From Chloroflexota bacterium (lineage in GTDB: Bacteria; Chloroflexota; Dehalococcoidia; Lucifugimonadales; JADFKI01): DNA of 64,000 nucleotides. The position numbers and the translations under genes were made by a program. The notes beneath the pieces were generated by a model. The model worked only from the letters and a program-made list of their open reading frames with translations. It had not been told where the DNA came from and searched no databases. Below, in pieces: positions 10,087 to 20,920 of the stretch (position 1 is its first letter; every line of letters starts with the position of its first letter). The stretch is from assembly GCA_027623195.1 (NCBI GenBank), contig JAQBUT010000015.1, positions 1 to 64,000 on the forward strand, written 5' to 3'.

Positions 10087-10806
10087 TTGTACGATCTGCA
10101 TGCACATATACTGCCGGGTGTGGACGACGGCCCAGCCTCTATGGACGTTTCCCTGGAAATTGCTCGCGCAGCAGCTAAAAATGGCACCCAGGTGATGCTG
10201 GCGACGCCTCATCGCAAAGACGTTACCGAGGACTGGTCTGTTGACCATATTCGAAGCCTGGTAGATGAACTGAATGCCCTTGTACAGGCGGAGGGGCTGG
10301 ATTTTCGCCTTCTGCTGGGCATGGAGAATCACCTGGATGCCGACCTGCCTGGGGAGGTCTCGGCGGGCCGGGCGCTCCCGATGAATGGCAGCCGCTACAT
10401 ACTGGTGGAGATGCCCTTTTTCGGGAGGCCGGATTTCATAGAGAGTTCCCTGGCAGAAGTGATGGATCTTGGTCTGGTGCCGGTCCTGGCTCATCCCGAA
10501 CGTATCGAGGTATTCCAGCAGGATGTCGGGTTGCTACAGCAGTTCCTGGCGCTTGGCATGCTCAGCCAGATAACCGCCGGTAGCCTGCTAGGACAGTGGG
10601 GCGACGAAGTGAAGGCTTTCACAGTGGAGCTTCTGCATCTGGGGCTGGCCCACATAATTGCGTCGGACACCCACTCGCCCCAAGCACCTAGGCCTCCGGG
10701 ACTCGCAGAAGGTGCCGAGGCTGCGGCGCTGGTGGTAGGCACGGCAAATGCACAAGACATGGTGCTGTCGACGCCTAAGGCCATTATGGAAAACCTATCG
10801 TTTTAA
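10087..10806 (+). CDS. PHP-family protein-tyrosine phosphatase (CpsB/YwqE-like)
   Basis: DLHAHILPGVDDG, ATPH, LAHPER, IASDTH. Confidence 0.9.
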   Translation: MYDLHAHILPGVDDGPASMDVSLEIARAAAKNGTQVMLATPHRKDVTEDWSVDHIRSLVDELNALVQAEGLDFRLLLGMENHLDADLPGEVSAGRALPMNGSRYILVEMPFFGRPDFIESSLAEVMDLGLVPVLAHPERIEVFQQDVGLLQQFLALGMLSQITAGSLLGQWGDEVKAFTVELLHLGLAHIIASDTHSPQAPRPPGLAEGAEAAALVVGTANAQDMVLSTPKAIMENLSF

Positions 10807-10841
10807 TAGCTCAGACAGGTGAGAATGAAACTGGGCCAAAT

Positions 10842-10868
10842 AAAAAAGGACGGGCGAATCCCGTCCTT
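10842..10868 (-). terminator. intrinsic terminator between convergent genes
   Basis: AAGGACGGG-cgaat-CCCGTCCTT stem; T-tract on the minus strand. Confidence 0.75.
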
Positions 10869-10894
10869 CCGTGTATCCCAGACCTCGAGTTACC

Positions 10895-11299
10895 CTAGGT
10901 TAGCGCGCTAACCCGCCTCAGCACTGCGCTTACCCTAGCGATTAGTTCCTGAACGCCAAAGGGTTTGACTAGATAATCGTCCGCACCTAGTTCCAGACCC
11001 TTGATGATGTCGTCTGTGGAGCCGAACACGGTAAGCATGATCACCGGGCACCCGGATATCTCCCGCAGCCGCTCCAGCATCTCCCAGCCGTCCATCTCTG
11101 GCATCTTTACGTCCAGAACTATCAGGTCTGGCAGTGTCAGGTAGAACTGTTCCAGACCGCGAACGCCGTTCTCCGCCAAGTGTATCGTGTACCCTTCGTC
11201 TTCCAACACGCGATGAACGATCTCCCTAATGGAGTCGTCATCTTCGACCAGAAGTACAACAGGCTGTGCTTTTTCTTCTTCCAACTGCCTATAATCCAT
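10895..11299 (-). CDS. single-domain response regulator (receiver only)
   Basis: LLVEDD, DLIVLDVKMPEMDG, LT, GADDYLVKPF; ends directly after the receiver domain. Confidence 0.9.
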   Translation of the reverse strand: MDYRQLEEEKAQPVVLLVEDDDSIREIVHRVLEDEGYTIHLAENGVRGLEQFYLTLPDLIVLDVKMPEMDGWEMLERLREISGCPVIMLTVFGSTDDIIKGLELGADDYLVKPFGVQELIARVSAVLRRVSALT

Positions 11300-11606
11300 G
11301 CTTCATACTCGACAGCCACATCATTAAGCCCGAGAAGCGTATTTCGCCATAGCGACAGGCGGATTCTACCACCTCTGTAGCCTAACCTTAAAGGCCTTTT
11401 GAGATACTTACATCAAGGCATTCCTTCAAAAAATAGGGTGGCATCACTTACTGTCTATTCGGAGTTGGCACGATGCCATTTGGCTGTGCCTGGCTTATCC
11501 TGTAAATGACTTTGCCTCAATGCGCCATCGAGGCCCGATAGAATTTTTAGGTAAAACGCCTTCAGGAATCCTAAAGCCCTATGTTTAGCAGATAAACACG
11601 GCGTGC

Positions 11607-13181
11607 GTGCGGAAAACTGTTTTGGAGCGGTTTCAGGCTAAATTGCGGATATTCATTGGACATAGACCAAGGTGGAGCGTCGCTACAGTCCTGACGTTAA
11701 CCATGCTTGGAATCATTTCGCTGTTCATGAGCATAACCACTCTGACGGAGATTCGTCGGGAAAAGGCGATATTTCGGGTTCATATTGAAGAGATGGGGCT
11801 TCTTTACCTGAATTCCGTAAGTCAGGCATACATATTTTCGAGTGAAGAAGATAGACCCAGTATTGGACAGCTTACTGGTCACACCGGCAGAGGCATGCCA
11901 GAAGTTTCGCATCTAGAGCTGTTTTCTGAGACTGGCGAATCGCTTGGACCTCAGATTCCAATTGGGGGAGATGCCTTATCAAGTGAGAATCGTGCTATAG
12001 CGCCTCTGGATTACGCGTCGGGCCCCGTAATCAGTCATGGAGAGGACTATCTAGACGTAACGGCGCCTATAGTTTCTGATGGCCATACTCTCGGTTTCGT
12101 ACATTTCCGCATGGCCAGCTCCTCCGTGGGACACGCAATACAATACCTGGCCATAAGTGCGCTAGTACAGGCCTTGGTTATGATTGCCATAGCCGTGCCC
12201 TTGACCTTTTTCGTAGCCCAACGATTTACGCGTCCAATTAAGACACTGGCCAAGGCCGCTGAAAGCGTAGGAGCCGGTTCATTGGATGTAGAAATGCCTC
12301 AAGGCAACTGGCAGAACGATGAGATCGGGGACCTTAATTTGGCCTTCTCCGGCATGGTGGATGCGTTAAAAGAGTCTAGGCGACAGCTTGAGCATGCCCA
12401 GGAGCGAAACCTGCAATCGGCCAAGATGGTTGCGGTGGACAAGCTTGCCAATGGCGTTGCCCACGAGATCAACAATCCTCTTGCGTCTATTTTAGGCTTC
12501 GCTCAGCTTGGCAAGCAAAAGCTTTCGAAGATTGAGGGCGATACGGTACAGATGGACGAGATATCGTTTCTGGGCCGCTATCTGGGCTTTGTGGAGACGG
12601 AGGCCAGGCGATGCGGTCAGATCATCTCTAGAATGCTTAGTTTCACCCTGTCGCCTGAACAGCAGATGAATCCTACGGACGTGAACCAGCAGGTAGAGCA
12701 GGTCATCAGGATGAACATAAACCAGTTGGCCCAGGCAGGGGTTACGCCGGAGCTTCATTTGGGCGAGGGTCTTCCCCGAATTAATGCAGAGCTTACCAGC
12801 CTCATTCGTGTTTTCGAGCATGTGATGACCAATGCTATCAACGCTATGCCTGGTGGTGGTGCATTACGGGTGTTCACGTTTGTGAAACAGGAGTCGCTGG
12901 CCCCGGACTTGGCTTCCGTAGTCGTGGAGATGCAGGACACCGGGCTTGGTATTTCAAACGATAACCTCAGGAAGGTTTTCGACCCCTTCTTTACGACGGC
13001 AGAGCCTGGTAGGGGCACGGGACTGGGACTCTACGTTGCGTATCAGATAATCAAGCAGCATGGGGCCGAGATCGAGATTGTCAGCCAGGAGGGCGAGGGG
13101 ACGACGGTCACCATGACCTTCCCCGTGCCGCTTTCCGTAGAAGGTATAGAGGACGCGCACGTCCCGGTGGAGTGGGTCTAG
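11607..13181 (+). CDS. membrane sensor histidine kinase (HAMP-HisKA-HATPase)
   Basis: Two TMs, HAMP (DEIGDL), VAHEINNPL, DTGLGI, FDPFFTT, GTGLGL. Confidence 0.93.
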   Translation: MRKTVLERFQAKLRIFIGHRPRWSVATVLTLTMLGIISLFMSITTLTEIRREKAIFRVHIEEMGLLYLNSVSQAYIFSSEEDRPSIGQLTGHTGRGMPEVSHLELFSETGESLGPQIPIGGDALSSENRAIAPLDYASGPVISHGEDYLDVTAPIVSDGHTLGFVHFRMASSSVGHAIQYLAISALVQALVMIAIAVPLTFFVAQRFTRPIKTLAKAAESVGAGSLDVEMPQGNWQNDEIGDLNLAFSGMVDALKESRRQLEHAQERNLQSAKMVAVDKLANGVAHEINNPLASILGFAQLGKQKLSKIEGDTVQMDEISFLGRYLGFVETEARRCGQIISRMLSFTLSPEQQMNPTDVNQQVEQVIRMNINQLAQAGVTPELHLGEGLPRINAELTSLIRVFEHVMTNAINAMPGGGALRVFTFVKQESLAPDLASVVVEMQDTGLGISNDNLRKVFDPFFTTAEPGRGTGLGLYVAYQIIKQHGAEIEIVSQEGEGTTVTMTFPVPLSVEGIEDAHVPVEWV

Positions 13182-13187
13182 GCCGGG

Positions 13188-13805
13188 CTATCTTTCCGCT
13201 TGTATCTCCAGCACCCGATCCCAAATAGCGCTGGCCAGCGACTCCATTGGCAGGCTGGCGTCCAGGACGAGCCATCGCTTTGGGTCATTGGCGGCCAGCG
13301 CGTTGTAACCCTCGTGAACACGCTGGTGGAATGCCAGGTCTTCTCGTTCAAAGCGATCATTGGGGTCGCCCCCCCGTTTTCGCTGGAAGCCGATGTCTGG
13401 CGGTAGGTCTAGTAAGACGACTAGCTCCGGTTCCAATCCACCAGTGGCGATTCCGTTTAGATTGTCTATTGCTCCCATATCCATGCCACGACCGTAGCCC
13501 TGGTACGCCAGAGTCGAATAGATGTAGCGATCACATACTACGATCTCGCCTTTGGATAGTGCTGGCCGGATAACGGATTCCACTAAAGAGGCGCGAGTTG
13601 CGGAAAAAAGCAGTAGTTCCGTAAGAGGACTGATGTCGTGGCCGCCAATAAGCCAGTCCCGGACGTATTCGGCGGTGGGTGTTCCGCCGGGCTCTCGGAT
13701 AAGCACGGCTTCCAATTCTGCCTTTTGGAGACGCCGGTATAATTCGCGGCTTTGGGTGCTTTTGCCGGAGCCCTCCACCCCCTCAAAGACTATGAACAGC
13801 CCCAT
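13188..13805 (-). CDS. tmk: thymidylate kinase
   Basis: FEGVEGSGKSTQ, REPGGT, CDRYIYSTLAYQG, DRFE. Confidence 0.96.
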   Translation of the reverse strand: MGLFIVFEGVEGSGKSTQSRELYRRLQKAELEAVLIREPGGTPTAEYVRDWLIGGHDISPLTELLLFSATRASLVESVIRPALSKGEIVVCDRYIYSTLAYQGYGRGMDMGAIDNLNGIATGGLEPELVVLLDLPPDIGFQRKRGGDPNDRFEREDLAFHQRVHEGYNALAANDPKRWLVLDASLPMESLASAIWDRVLEIQAER

Positions 13806-13835
13806 AGGGACGGACTCCTTTCGAGGCGAAGTCCC

Positions 13836-15419
13836 CTACCGCCGGTAGATTACGACGCGGCGCTCAGGCTCGCGACCGGCGCTGGACGATGACAGGCCAT
13901 ACTTATCTGCGATTTTGTGCTGCAGGTGGCGCACATAGGAGGTCTGGGGATTAAGGTCCACCTGCTCCTCGCCCTCGTCTATCTGAGAAATAGCACTCTC
14001 GGCCTCCTCGATGGCCGCTGAGTACTTTTCTTCGGACTGCGCATCCTCCGCTTGCCTGCGACTTATGGCCTTCACGAACGCTTCGATCTGCGGCAGGGTA
14101 TTCTTGCGAAGGACGTAAACGGGCTTACCCCTCTGCTCTGCTGTCCTTAACGCCTGAGTCCTTCGCCGATAGAAGTTCTTTGTCGTCAATAGGAGGTCTG
14201 CCTGTGAAATATCCCCTACAACCTCTACAGGGGCGCGGGTGCTCTCCACGGCCTGGATAAGCCGGCCTTTGTTAACTCCGTAAGGCAGTATGTGGGTGAT
14301 TTTTTGAGGAGGCTCATCAATCATTGGCTCCTCAGGCATGGGCTCTGGCTCCATCCTTGCTTCCGGGCGACGGATGACTGGGCCGTTGGTGTTCCCGAAC
14401 ATCGAGGGAATCTTGGTCTCTCCCCTGGACCGGTGGATCATCCCTTCCTCGTCCACCCTGCGTACGTTAGGCGATACGGGGTGGCCACGGAGCATGCGGT
14501 CCACAACATCGGCTACATCGTCGTGAACTACAACCTGGTTCCATCCCTGGATTTCCACCAGGATATCGAACGTGGGTGGCGCTCTGCGTTCTCTCACCGA
14601 CTTTTGCGTGCCTCGGCGGCGGGCCTCTATGTCGCCTAGGGTCACAGTCTGAACACCTCCCACGAGATCGGACAGCGTGGGGTTCATCACCAGGTTTTCC
14701 AGGCTGTTGCCGTGGGCGGTGGCTACTAATTGCACTCCGCGTTCGGCAATGGTGCGGGCGGCATCGGCTTCGGCCCCGGTGCCAATCTCGTCGATGACGA
14801 TGACCTCGGGCATGTGATTTTCTACAGCCTCAATCATCACGGCGTGCTGTAAGGCGGGAGTGGACACCTGCATCCTACGGGCTCGGCCTATGCCGGGATG
14901 GGGTATATCGCCGTCGCCTGCAATCTCGTTAGAGGTGTCGACTATTACGACGCGTTTACGGGCGTCGTCAGCGAGCACGCGGGCAACCTCTCGCAGCATA
15001 GTCGTCTTGCCTACACCGGGCTTACCCAGGAGAAGAACGCTGCGTCCGCTGAGGACCAGGTCCTCAATGATTCGGATGGTGCCGTAAACCGCTCGACCAA
15101 CCCTCAAGGTTAGCCCAACAACCTTACCCCAGCGATTTCGTATTGCCGATATCCTGTGGAGCGTGCGTTCGATTCCGGCCCGGTTGTCCGCGCCGAACTG
15201 CCCCAAGCTTTCGATGACGTGTTGAATGTCTTCCTCTTTCACCTCATCGCGGCTTATTACGAAGCTTTCGCTGAGAAAACGGGCCTCTGGCAGGCGGCCC
15301 AAGTCCAGGACTACCTCCAGGAGTTCATTGATGTCTTCACGCTCTGCGAGTGGTCCCTTAATGTGGGCGGGTAGGGTGTCGATAAGGGCTTGAAGATCGG
15401 TATCAATCCGCTCTTGCAA
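13836..15419 (-). CDS. Ycf45/SpoIIIAA-like AAA ATPase with C-terminal R3H domain
   Basis: GKPGVGKTT, VDTSNEIAGDGD, VIVIDEIG, ATAHG; C-terminal VRHLQH (R3H) and EPERRVVIY. Confidence 0.88.
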   Translation of the reverse strand: MQERIDTDLQALIDTLPAHIKGPLAEREDINELLEVVLDLGRLPEARFLSESFVISRDEVKEEDIQHVIESLGQFGADNRAGIERTLHRISAIRNRWGKVVGLTLRVGRAVYGTIRIIEDLVLSGRSVLLLGKPGVGKTTMLREVARVLADDARKRVVIVDTSNEIAGDGDIPHPGIGRARRMQVSTPALQHAVMIEAVENHMPEVIVIDEIGTGAEADAARTIAERGVQLVATAHGNSLENLVMNPTLSDLVGGVQTVTLGDIEARRRGTQKSVRERRAPPTFDILVEIQGWNQVVVHDDVADVVDRMLRGHPVSPNVRRVDEEGMIHRSRGETKIPSMFGNTNGPVIRRPEARMEPEPMPEEPMIDEPPQKITHILPYGVNKGRLIQAVESTRAPVEVVGDISQADLLLTTKNFYRRRTQALRTAEQRGKPVYVLRKNTLPQIEAFVKAISRRQAEDAQSEEKYSAAIEEAESAISQIDEGEEQVDLNPQTSYVRHLQHKIADKYGLSSSSAGREPERRVVIYRR

Positions 15420-15515
15420 TTGGCCTAAATCTCCTCCGGAATATTGTTTGCGCCCCTAGCATATCAGTGAAACGCTTCGTGTTCCAGCGTCGGGGCAAAT
15501 CTGTTCCCGCAGTTC

Positions 15516-16511
15516 TCATATCGAAGGAACTGCGGCCCTATGCCTAATTTCGTCGATGGCCTTTACAGTCATCGTATTCACCAGTGTAATGTAATGAGAA
15601 ACCTCTTGGAATTCGCTATCGACCAGGATGCACCGCAGGTCTACCTGGTAGTCGGGCAGCATGCAGTAAGTCAGCTGGGAGGACCGTAGCTTCTCCAGGC
15701 CAACTCTCAGCATGAAAGGCATGCAGCGTAGGTGGTCAGGGTGCGCGGAGGCTTCTAGCCAGCTCTTGGAGAAGCTACGCGATGTCCTTAAGTAGCCAAT
15801 GGCCAGGTCCTGACGTCTCATTACGTATGCCGACGACCTTCGATTCGCGCGCTCCCGGGAGGACAACCACTGGTCCATGGTCATGCCTACGGCGTAGCGC
15901 ACTTCTGAAGGAGTAGCGGCGTTGTACAGCCTGAACAGGTCGTGACTGTCCACCTGAGTCTCTTCGGTCATCGGGTCGCAGCCGTTAGTCCTGGAATCGT
16001 TTGAATCGCTTGTTGCCGGGCTACCTGCGTATAGCGTCTCCGGAATCCTTGGAAAGAATCCACTCTGGCGGGCAATGTCCACGAGAGGGTCTTCCCGCAG
16101 GAGCCTCAGAAATACGCGATGGCAACGCTGTGCGATAGCCGCTTGGGAGATTGCATTGAGTAGAGATGACACGTGCTCTTCGCCATCTTGCGAGACGTAG
16201 AGGTGTGTGATTTCCCAACTGCCTGGGCCAGAGCGCGGTTGGGCCGAGGCCAGTGCGATGACTCGGTTTCCGGAGGAAACAGCAGCTGCAGAGCCGCATC
16301 CTCTTACGGACATGCCCACTCGTGTAGCCTGAATCACCGATATTGGGTAGGAGTTTATTCCGGTGAGACCGGCCAAAGTGCAGGCCCTGTTTGACCTATC
16401 CGGACTGTTCATAACTGTGCATCGAACGGGGTCCAGAGGGTTAAGCGGCCTTGTAACAGCCTCTCTTGTAGTGAACAGGCTTGCGTTTGGTACGGTAGCC
16501 TCCTCTGTCAC
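15516..16511 (-). CDS. hypothetical protein, possible degenerate GNAT-like fold
   Basis: Long ORF co-oriented with neighbours; RVFLRL...ARQSGF resembles a GNAT C-terminal motif. Confidence 0.55.
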   Translation of the reverse strand: MTEEATVPNASLFTTREAVTRPLNPLDPVRCTVMNSPDRSNRACTLAGLTGINSYPISVIQATRVGMSVRGCGSAAAVSSGNRVIALASAQPRSGPGSWEITHLYVSQDGEEHVSSLLNAISQAAIAQRCHRVFLRLLREDPLVDIARQSGFFPRIPETLYAGSPATSDSNDSRTNGCDPMTEETQVDSHDLFRLYNAATPSEVRYAVGMTMDQWLSSRERANRRSSAYVMRRQDLAIGYLRTSRSFSKSWLEASAHPDHLRCMPFMLRVGLEKLRSSQLTYCMLPDYQVDLRCILVDSEFQEVSHYITLVNTMTVKAIDEIRHRAAVPSI

Positions 16512-16574
16512 CTGGCTTAATTAACGGCTTGGTCAATATCCACCGACATACTAATTTTATACCCGTTTGGCGGA

Positions 16575-17156
16575 TTAGGCACTACCTTCGATTATTTTGA
16601 TGAACAGACCGTGAATTCTAGTATCGTCCGTAAGTTCTGGATGGAACGATGTAGCCAGCATGTGGCCCTGTCGAACCGCTATGGGTCGGCCATCTTCGAG
16701 CTTAGCCAGCACCTTTACGCCCTCGCCCATCTTGTTTACGCCGGGGGCGCGTATGAAAACGCAGTGAAAAGGTGGGCCGTCGATATCATCGACTTGGACG
16801 TCCGCCTCGAAGCTGTCAACCTGTCGCCCAAATGCGTTTCGGCTAACCTCGATGTCCATCAGGTGCAGGGGTTCGGGACGATGATCCGTTAGCTTGTTGG
16901 AGATGATAATCATTCCAGCGCACGTTCCCCAGACCGGCAGGCCGCCCTCAATCTTTTCCCTGAGGACATCGCGAAAGTGGTAAATATCGATGAGTTGGGC
17001 GATAGTCGTGCTTTCGCCGCCGGGGATGATAAGGCCGTCGATGCCCTCTAGCTGGTGGGGGAGGCGTATTTCCGACACCTCCACCCCCAGCTTTTCAAGC
17101 ATTTGTCTATGTTCTTCGAAATCTCCCTGTATTGCTAAGACGCCAACAGTCGGCAA
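16575..17156 (-). CDS. pdxT: pyridoxal 5'-phosphate synthase, glutaminase subunit
   Basis: GVLAIQGDF, PGGESTT, WGTCAGMI, RNAFGRQVDSFE, FHPELT; TTG start 1 nt after the pdxS stop. Confidence 0.95.
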   Translation of the reverse strand: MPTVGVLAIQGDFEEHRQMLEKLGVEVSEIRLPHQLEGIDGLIIPGGESTTIAQLIDIYHFRDVLREKIEGGLPVWGTCAGMIIISNKLTDHRPEPLHLMDIEVSRNAFGRQVDSFEADVQVDDIDGPPFHCVFIRAPGVNKMGEGVKVLAKLEDGRPIAVRQGHMLATSFHPELTDDTRIHGLFIKIIEGSA

Positions 17157-17157
17157 A

Positions 17158-18057
17158 TTACCAGCCTCGTGTTGACAGCTTCTCGTCTTCCGGCATGGTC
17201 CTGATGTCCAGGCCCGGCATAGAATCGCCAAGTCCTTTGGATACTTCGGCAATGATAAACGGGTCTCGGAAGTGCGTCGTAGCCTTAACGATGGCATTGG
17301 CCATCAGCGCAGGATTGGATGACTTGAATATGCCGGAACCCACGAATACGCCTTCGACGCCGAGCTGCATCATAAGCGCTGCATCAGAGGGAGTGGCAAT
17401 TCCACCTGCTGCGAAGTTCACCACCGGAAGCTTACCAGTTTGGTGAATTTCTCTTACCAGGTCATAGGGAGCCCGGAGGTCCCTGGCGGTGGCCATAAGC
17501 TCGTCCTCATCCATGCCCTGTATTCGGCGAATCTCGCCCAGAACAGTCCTAGCGTGGCGCACAGCCTCGACGATGTTGCCGGTGCCTGCCTCGCCCTTGG
17601 TCCTGATCATCGCAGCGCCTTCGCCGATGCGCCTGAGGGCCTCACCAAGGTTTCGGCAGCCGCACACGAAGGGCACCTTGAATTCGTGCTTGCTGATGTG
17701 GTTATTCTCGTCGGCAGGCGTCAAAACCTCGGACTCGTCGATGTAGTCGACGCCCATGGCCTGTAGAACCTGAGCCTCCACGAAGTGGCCGATGCGGGCC
17801 TTGGCCATCACCGGTATGGTCACAGCGTCAATGATTCCCTGAATCATCGTAGGGTCGGACATTCGTGAGACGCCGCCGTCTTTGCGAATATCGGAGGGCA
17901 CGCGCTCCAGAGCCATTACTGCTACGGCCCCAGCGTCCTCCGCGATCTTGGCCTGCTCCGCATTGACAACGTCCATTATGACGCCGCCCTTAAGCATCTG
18001 GGCAAGTCCTGCTTTTACCCTAAAAGTTCCGGTCTCGGCGTTTACGTCAACGGCCAT
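17158..18057 (-). CDS. pdxS: pyridoxal 5'-phosphate synthase, lyase subunit
   Basis: [60 protein letters not shown] before ATG 18057. Confidence 0.98.
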   Translation of the reverse strand: MAVDVNAETGTFRVKAGLAQMLKGGVIMDVVNAEQAKIAEDAGAVAVMALERVPSDIRKDGGVSRMSDPTMIQGIIDAVTIPVMAKARIGHFVEAQVLQAMGVDYIDESEVLTPADENNHISKHEFKVPFVCGCRNLGEALRRIGEGAAMIRTKGEAGTGNIVEAVRHARTVLGEIRRIQGMDEDELMATARDLRAPYDLVREIHQTGKLPVVNFAAGGIATPSDAALMMQLGVEGVFVGSGIFKSSNPALMANAIVKATTHFRDPFIIAEVSKGLGDSMPGLDIRTMPEDEKLSTRGW

Positions 18058-18221
18058 GGCTGCGCCTCCATAAGTCAAATTGGGTGTGTAAATAGGCGAT
18101 ATATATTTAGCGTAATTATACTCCTGACTCTAAAGCTGCGCAACGACGCCATTGCCGTCAATATTCCGTAAACAACTATCAGAGTTTGAGCGTAATGATT
18201 ATCAGGCCTGTCGAGGAATTA

Positions 18222-19538
18222 TCAGACTGTCACGGGACTGGCCGACCGCGATGGATTCCCAGTTGGTCGGCGGGTAAACATTAGCAGCAACGCGGCCATT
18301 GCCATCAGTGCTACTCCGGCCCACCATACGTTGGTATAGGTGCCTGTGGCGTCTCTGACGTAGCCAGCGATTGGTGCCCCAATGCCGCCGACCACCAAGT
18401 TTATCGGCGTTACCAGACCTCGAATGCTTCCCACGCTCTCTCGGCCAAAGTAATCGGCCCAAACGAAGTTCTGCAGAAATATCATGCCGCCGATTCCCAG
18501 GCCGAAAACCGCCATTGAGAGCGCCATCATTTGAATATTCGTCGCATATATAGTTAGAACGCTTGCCACTGCCAGTAACAGGAATCCCGTGGCCCCTAGC
18601 GTCCGAGCAGGCACCCTCCTGACTAACATGCCGAACGCGAAGGTCGCCGCGCCAGCGCAAACGGCGTCGAAGGCTGTGGCGAGCGAGATGAGCGTCGGAT
18701 CCAGGCCGCGATCCATAAAGGCCGGTATTCGATGGACTCCCACAATTCCTATGGCCAACGACACCATGCTGAACACGATTACCAGCCGCCACAGGGTCGA
18801 GGTGCGCATGGCCTCCCTGGTAGTCCAGGATATTTCAGGTGTCAGCCGATGTTTACTGGAACGCCCCTTCGTGCCCCTCTCTCCGCCGGGCCGATCGCCA
18901 TCCGGGAGCAAACCCATGTCCTCCGGCTGGCGTCGCACGAGGACCGCAGCCAGCGGTACTATAATCACCATACCGATAATGGCTAGCACCAGCCACGTAT
19001 TCCTCCAGCCCATTGTGTCTATGAAAACCTGAGTCAGCGGCACGAATATCAGTGCGCCGATGGGGATACCCAGGCCCATAAAGGAGATGGCCTTGCCCCG
19101 GTTCCTCACGAACCATTTGAGGACAGGTATGGAGGTGACCAAGGCCCCCGGCCCGCTCATTCCAACCAAGCCCATCAGCGAAAAGAGAACCACCAGGTGC
19201 CAGCCTTGAGTCATGTAGGAAAGGCCAATCATGGCCCCGCCTGTGATGAGGGCCGCTACGGGTAGCATTACCCGTGATCCGAAACGGTCCAGCAACCATC
19301 CAACGCCTGGGCTGGTCCCAGAGCTAGCGAATTGCCGGGCCGTCTGCGCCCAACCGAAGGTGGACCGGCCTATGCCAAGTTCGTCTCCCATAGGCTTGAT
19401 GAACAGGCCGTAGTTGAGCGACCCCATAGCCATGCTGACGGCTCCCGCTGCAGCCATGACTGCCACGATCACCCACCCATAGTAAAACTGGCTATCCTTA
19501 TCGTCGTCTGCCTTTTTCGTTCCTTGTGAAATGTCCAT
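18222..19538 (-). CDS. MFS transporter
   Basis: About 12 TMs, FYYGWVIV start, GWLLDRFGSR motif A, WADYFGR. Confidence 0.9.
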   Translation of the reverse strand: MDISQGTKKADDDKDSQFYYGWVIVAVMAAAGAVSMAMGSLNYGLFIKPMGDELGIGRSTFGWAQTARQFASSGTSPGVGWLLDRFGSRVMLPVAALITGGAMIGLSYMTQGWHLVVLFSLMGLVGMSGPGALVTSIPVLKWFVRNRGKAISFMGLGIPIGALIFVPLTQVFIDTMGWRNTWLVLAIIGMVIIVPLAAVLVRRQPEDMGLLPDGDRPGGERGTKGRSSKHRLTPEISWTTREAMRTSTLWRLVIVFSMVSLAIGIVGVHRIPAFMDRGLDPTLISLATAFDAVCAGAATFAFGMLVRRVPARTLGATGFLLLAVASVLTIYATNIQMMALSMAVFGLGIGGMIFLQNFVWADYFGRESVGSIRGLVTPINLVVGGIGAPIAGYVRDATGTYTNVWWAGVALMAMAALLLMFTRRPTGNPSRSASPVTV

Positions 19539-20920
19539 TAAGGCATATTTCTGAGGCGTTTCTGCGTTACCATCACAACTGTGGCGGTTATCAGCATCAA
19601 TACGCCCAGCAGGCCAATAGCGGGCTGCGGGCCTATGTAGTCAGCCAGCAGCCCGGTGGGAAGAACGCCCAGAGGCATGAGTCCGAAGTTCATCATAAAC
19701 ACGCTCATGACCCGTCCGCGGTACTGGTCTTCTACCTCTTCCATGATTAAGGACTGGTTCAGGCTCCGACGGCCTGCGTCTCCCAGGCCTAGCAGAATCA
19801 TGATGAATGCCGCTACCAGGTAGATGGGGAATATGGCCAGCAGCAGAAGGGCTATACCCGACGCGAAGCTTCCCAGGATAAGCAGCATTCCACGACGCCA
19901 TTGGCCTATGGATGCGATGAACAAAGCTCCAGCCAGGGACCCGCCGCCCATTACGGCCACCAGTAGTCCCATTGAATCGGGGCCGAGATGGTACACGTCG
20001 ACCACGAAGACCGGCATGAGCATGCGGAAGGGCATGGCAAACAGTGTTGTCGCGAGGCCCATGACGAGCAATACCAGCACTATATGGCTATGCCGGATGT
20101 ATACCAGACCAGCGATTATCTCTTTGCCCATAGCGCCTTTGGGCTTGCCGGCGTTGGCGTTGCCCATCTTGGGTATGAGGCTTGTGAAGAAGACAGAAAG
20201 CGCAGCTAGGGCCGTTATGACAAAGTAGACATTATGCGGGCCGGCATAGGCGTAGAGCACGCCGGCGATGCCCGGAGCAATCAGGGTCATGGAACTCATC
20301 GCAGCGGCATTAAGAGCCATGGCATTGGAAAGTTTTCCCTTTCCAACTAACTGCGGAATGATGGCCTGCCGCGCGGGCATCATGAACGCGAACATTGCTC
20401 CCTGGATTATGGAAGCTACGAACAGGTACTGCCATGTAATGAAGCCTGAGATTATGAACAGCCCTACCACCAGCGATATGACCACGCTTCCGGCCTGCCC
20501 CGCCTGGATAATTAGCTTCTGGTCGATGCGGTCGGCGAATGCCCCGCCGAACAGCGACAGGCTAAGCATGGGTATGGCCATACCTGCGTTTACGATACCT
20601 AGTAGCGAAGCGGAGCCGGTGAGGTCATATACCAGGTAGCCTCTGGCCAACATCTGCATCTGCATGCCCGCCATGAGGGCCAACATACCCAGCCAAAGGT
20701 ATAGGAAATTGCGGTCGGAAAGTGAGCTAAATGTCTGACGCCACGCGGCTGTTTTAGGCGGTGGCTGGTCAGATAAAATTTGGGGTTCTGTAGTGTGATT
20801 CCCTCGCGGTTCCTGGGCCGTGGCGCCGGTCGCTGTGCCATTTGTGGACGCCGGTGTTGCCGAAGTCGTGGCCAGATTCGAGGTCTCGGAGCCTGGGAAT
20901 GCGCGTGAATTATCAGTCAT
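19538..20920 (-). CDS. MFS transporter (MFS_3/DHA3-like)
   Basis: NFLYLWLG, GGAFADRID, PARQAIIPQLV, YRGRVMS; stop/start overlap with the next MFS gene. Confidence 0.9.
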   Translation of the reverse strand: MTDNSRAFPGSETSNLATTSATPASTNGTATGATAQEPRGNHTTEPQILSDQPPPKTAAWRQTFSSLSDRNFLYLWLGMLALMAGMQMQMLARGYLVYDLTGSASLLGIVNAGMAIPMLSLSLFGGAFADRIDQKLIIQAGQAGSVVISLVVGLFIISGFITWQYLFVASIIQGAMFAFMMPARQAIIPQLVGKGKLSNAMALNAAAMSSMTLIAPGIAGVLYAYAGPHNVYFVITALAALSVFFTSLIPKMGNANAGKPKGAMGKEIIAGLVYIRHSHIVLVLLVMGLATTLFAMPFRMLMPVFVVDVYHLGPDSMGLLVAVMGGGSLAGALFIASIGQWRRGMLLILGSFASGIALLLLAIFPIYLVAAFIMILLGLGDAGRRSLNQSLIMEEVEDQYRGRVMSVFMMNFGLMPLGVLPTGLLADYIGPQPAIGLLGVLMLITATVVMVTQKRLRNMP

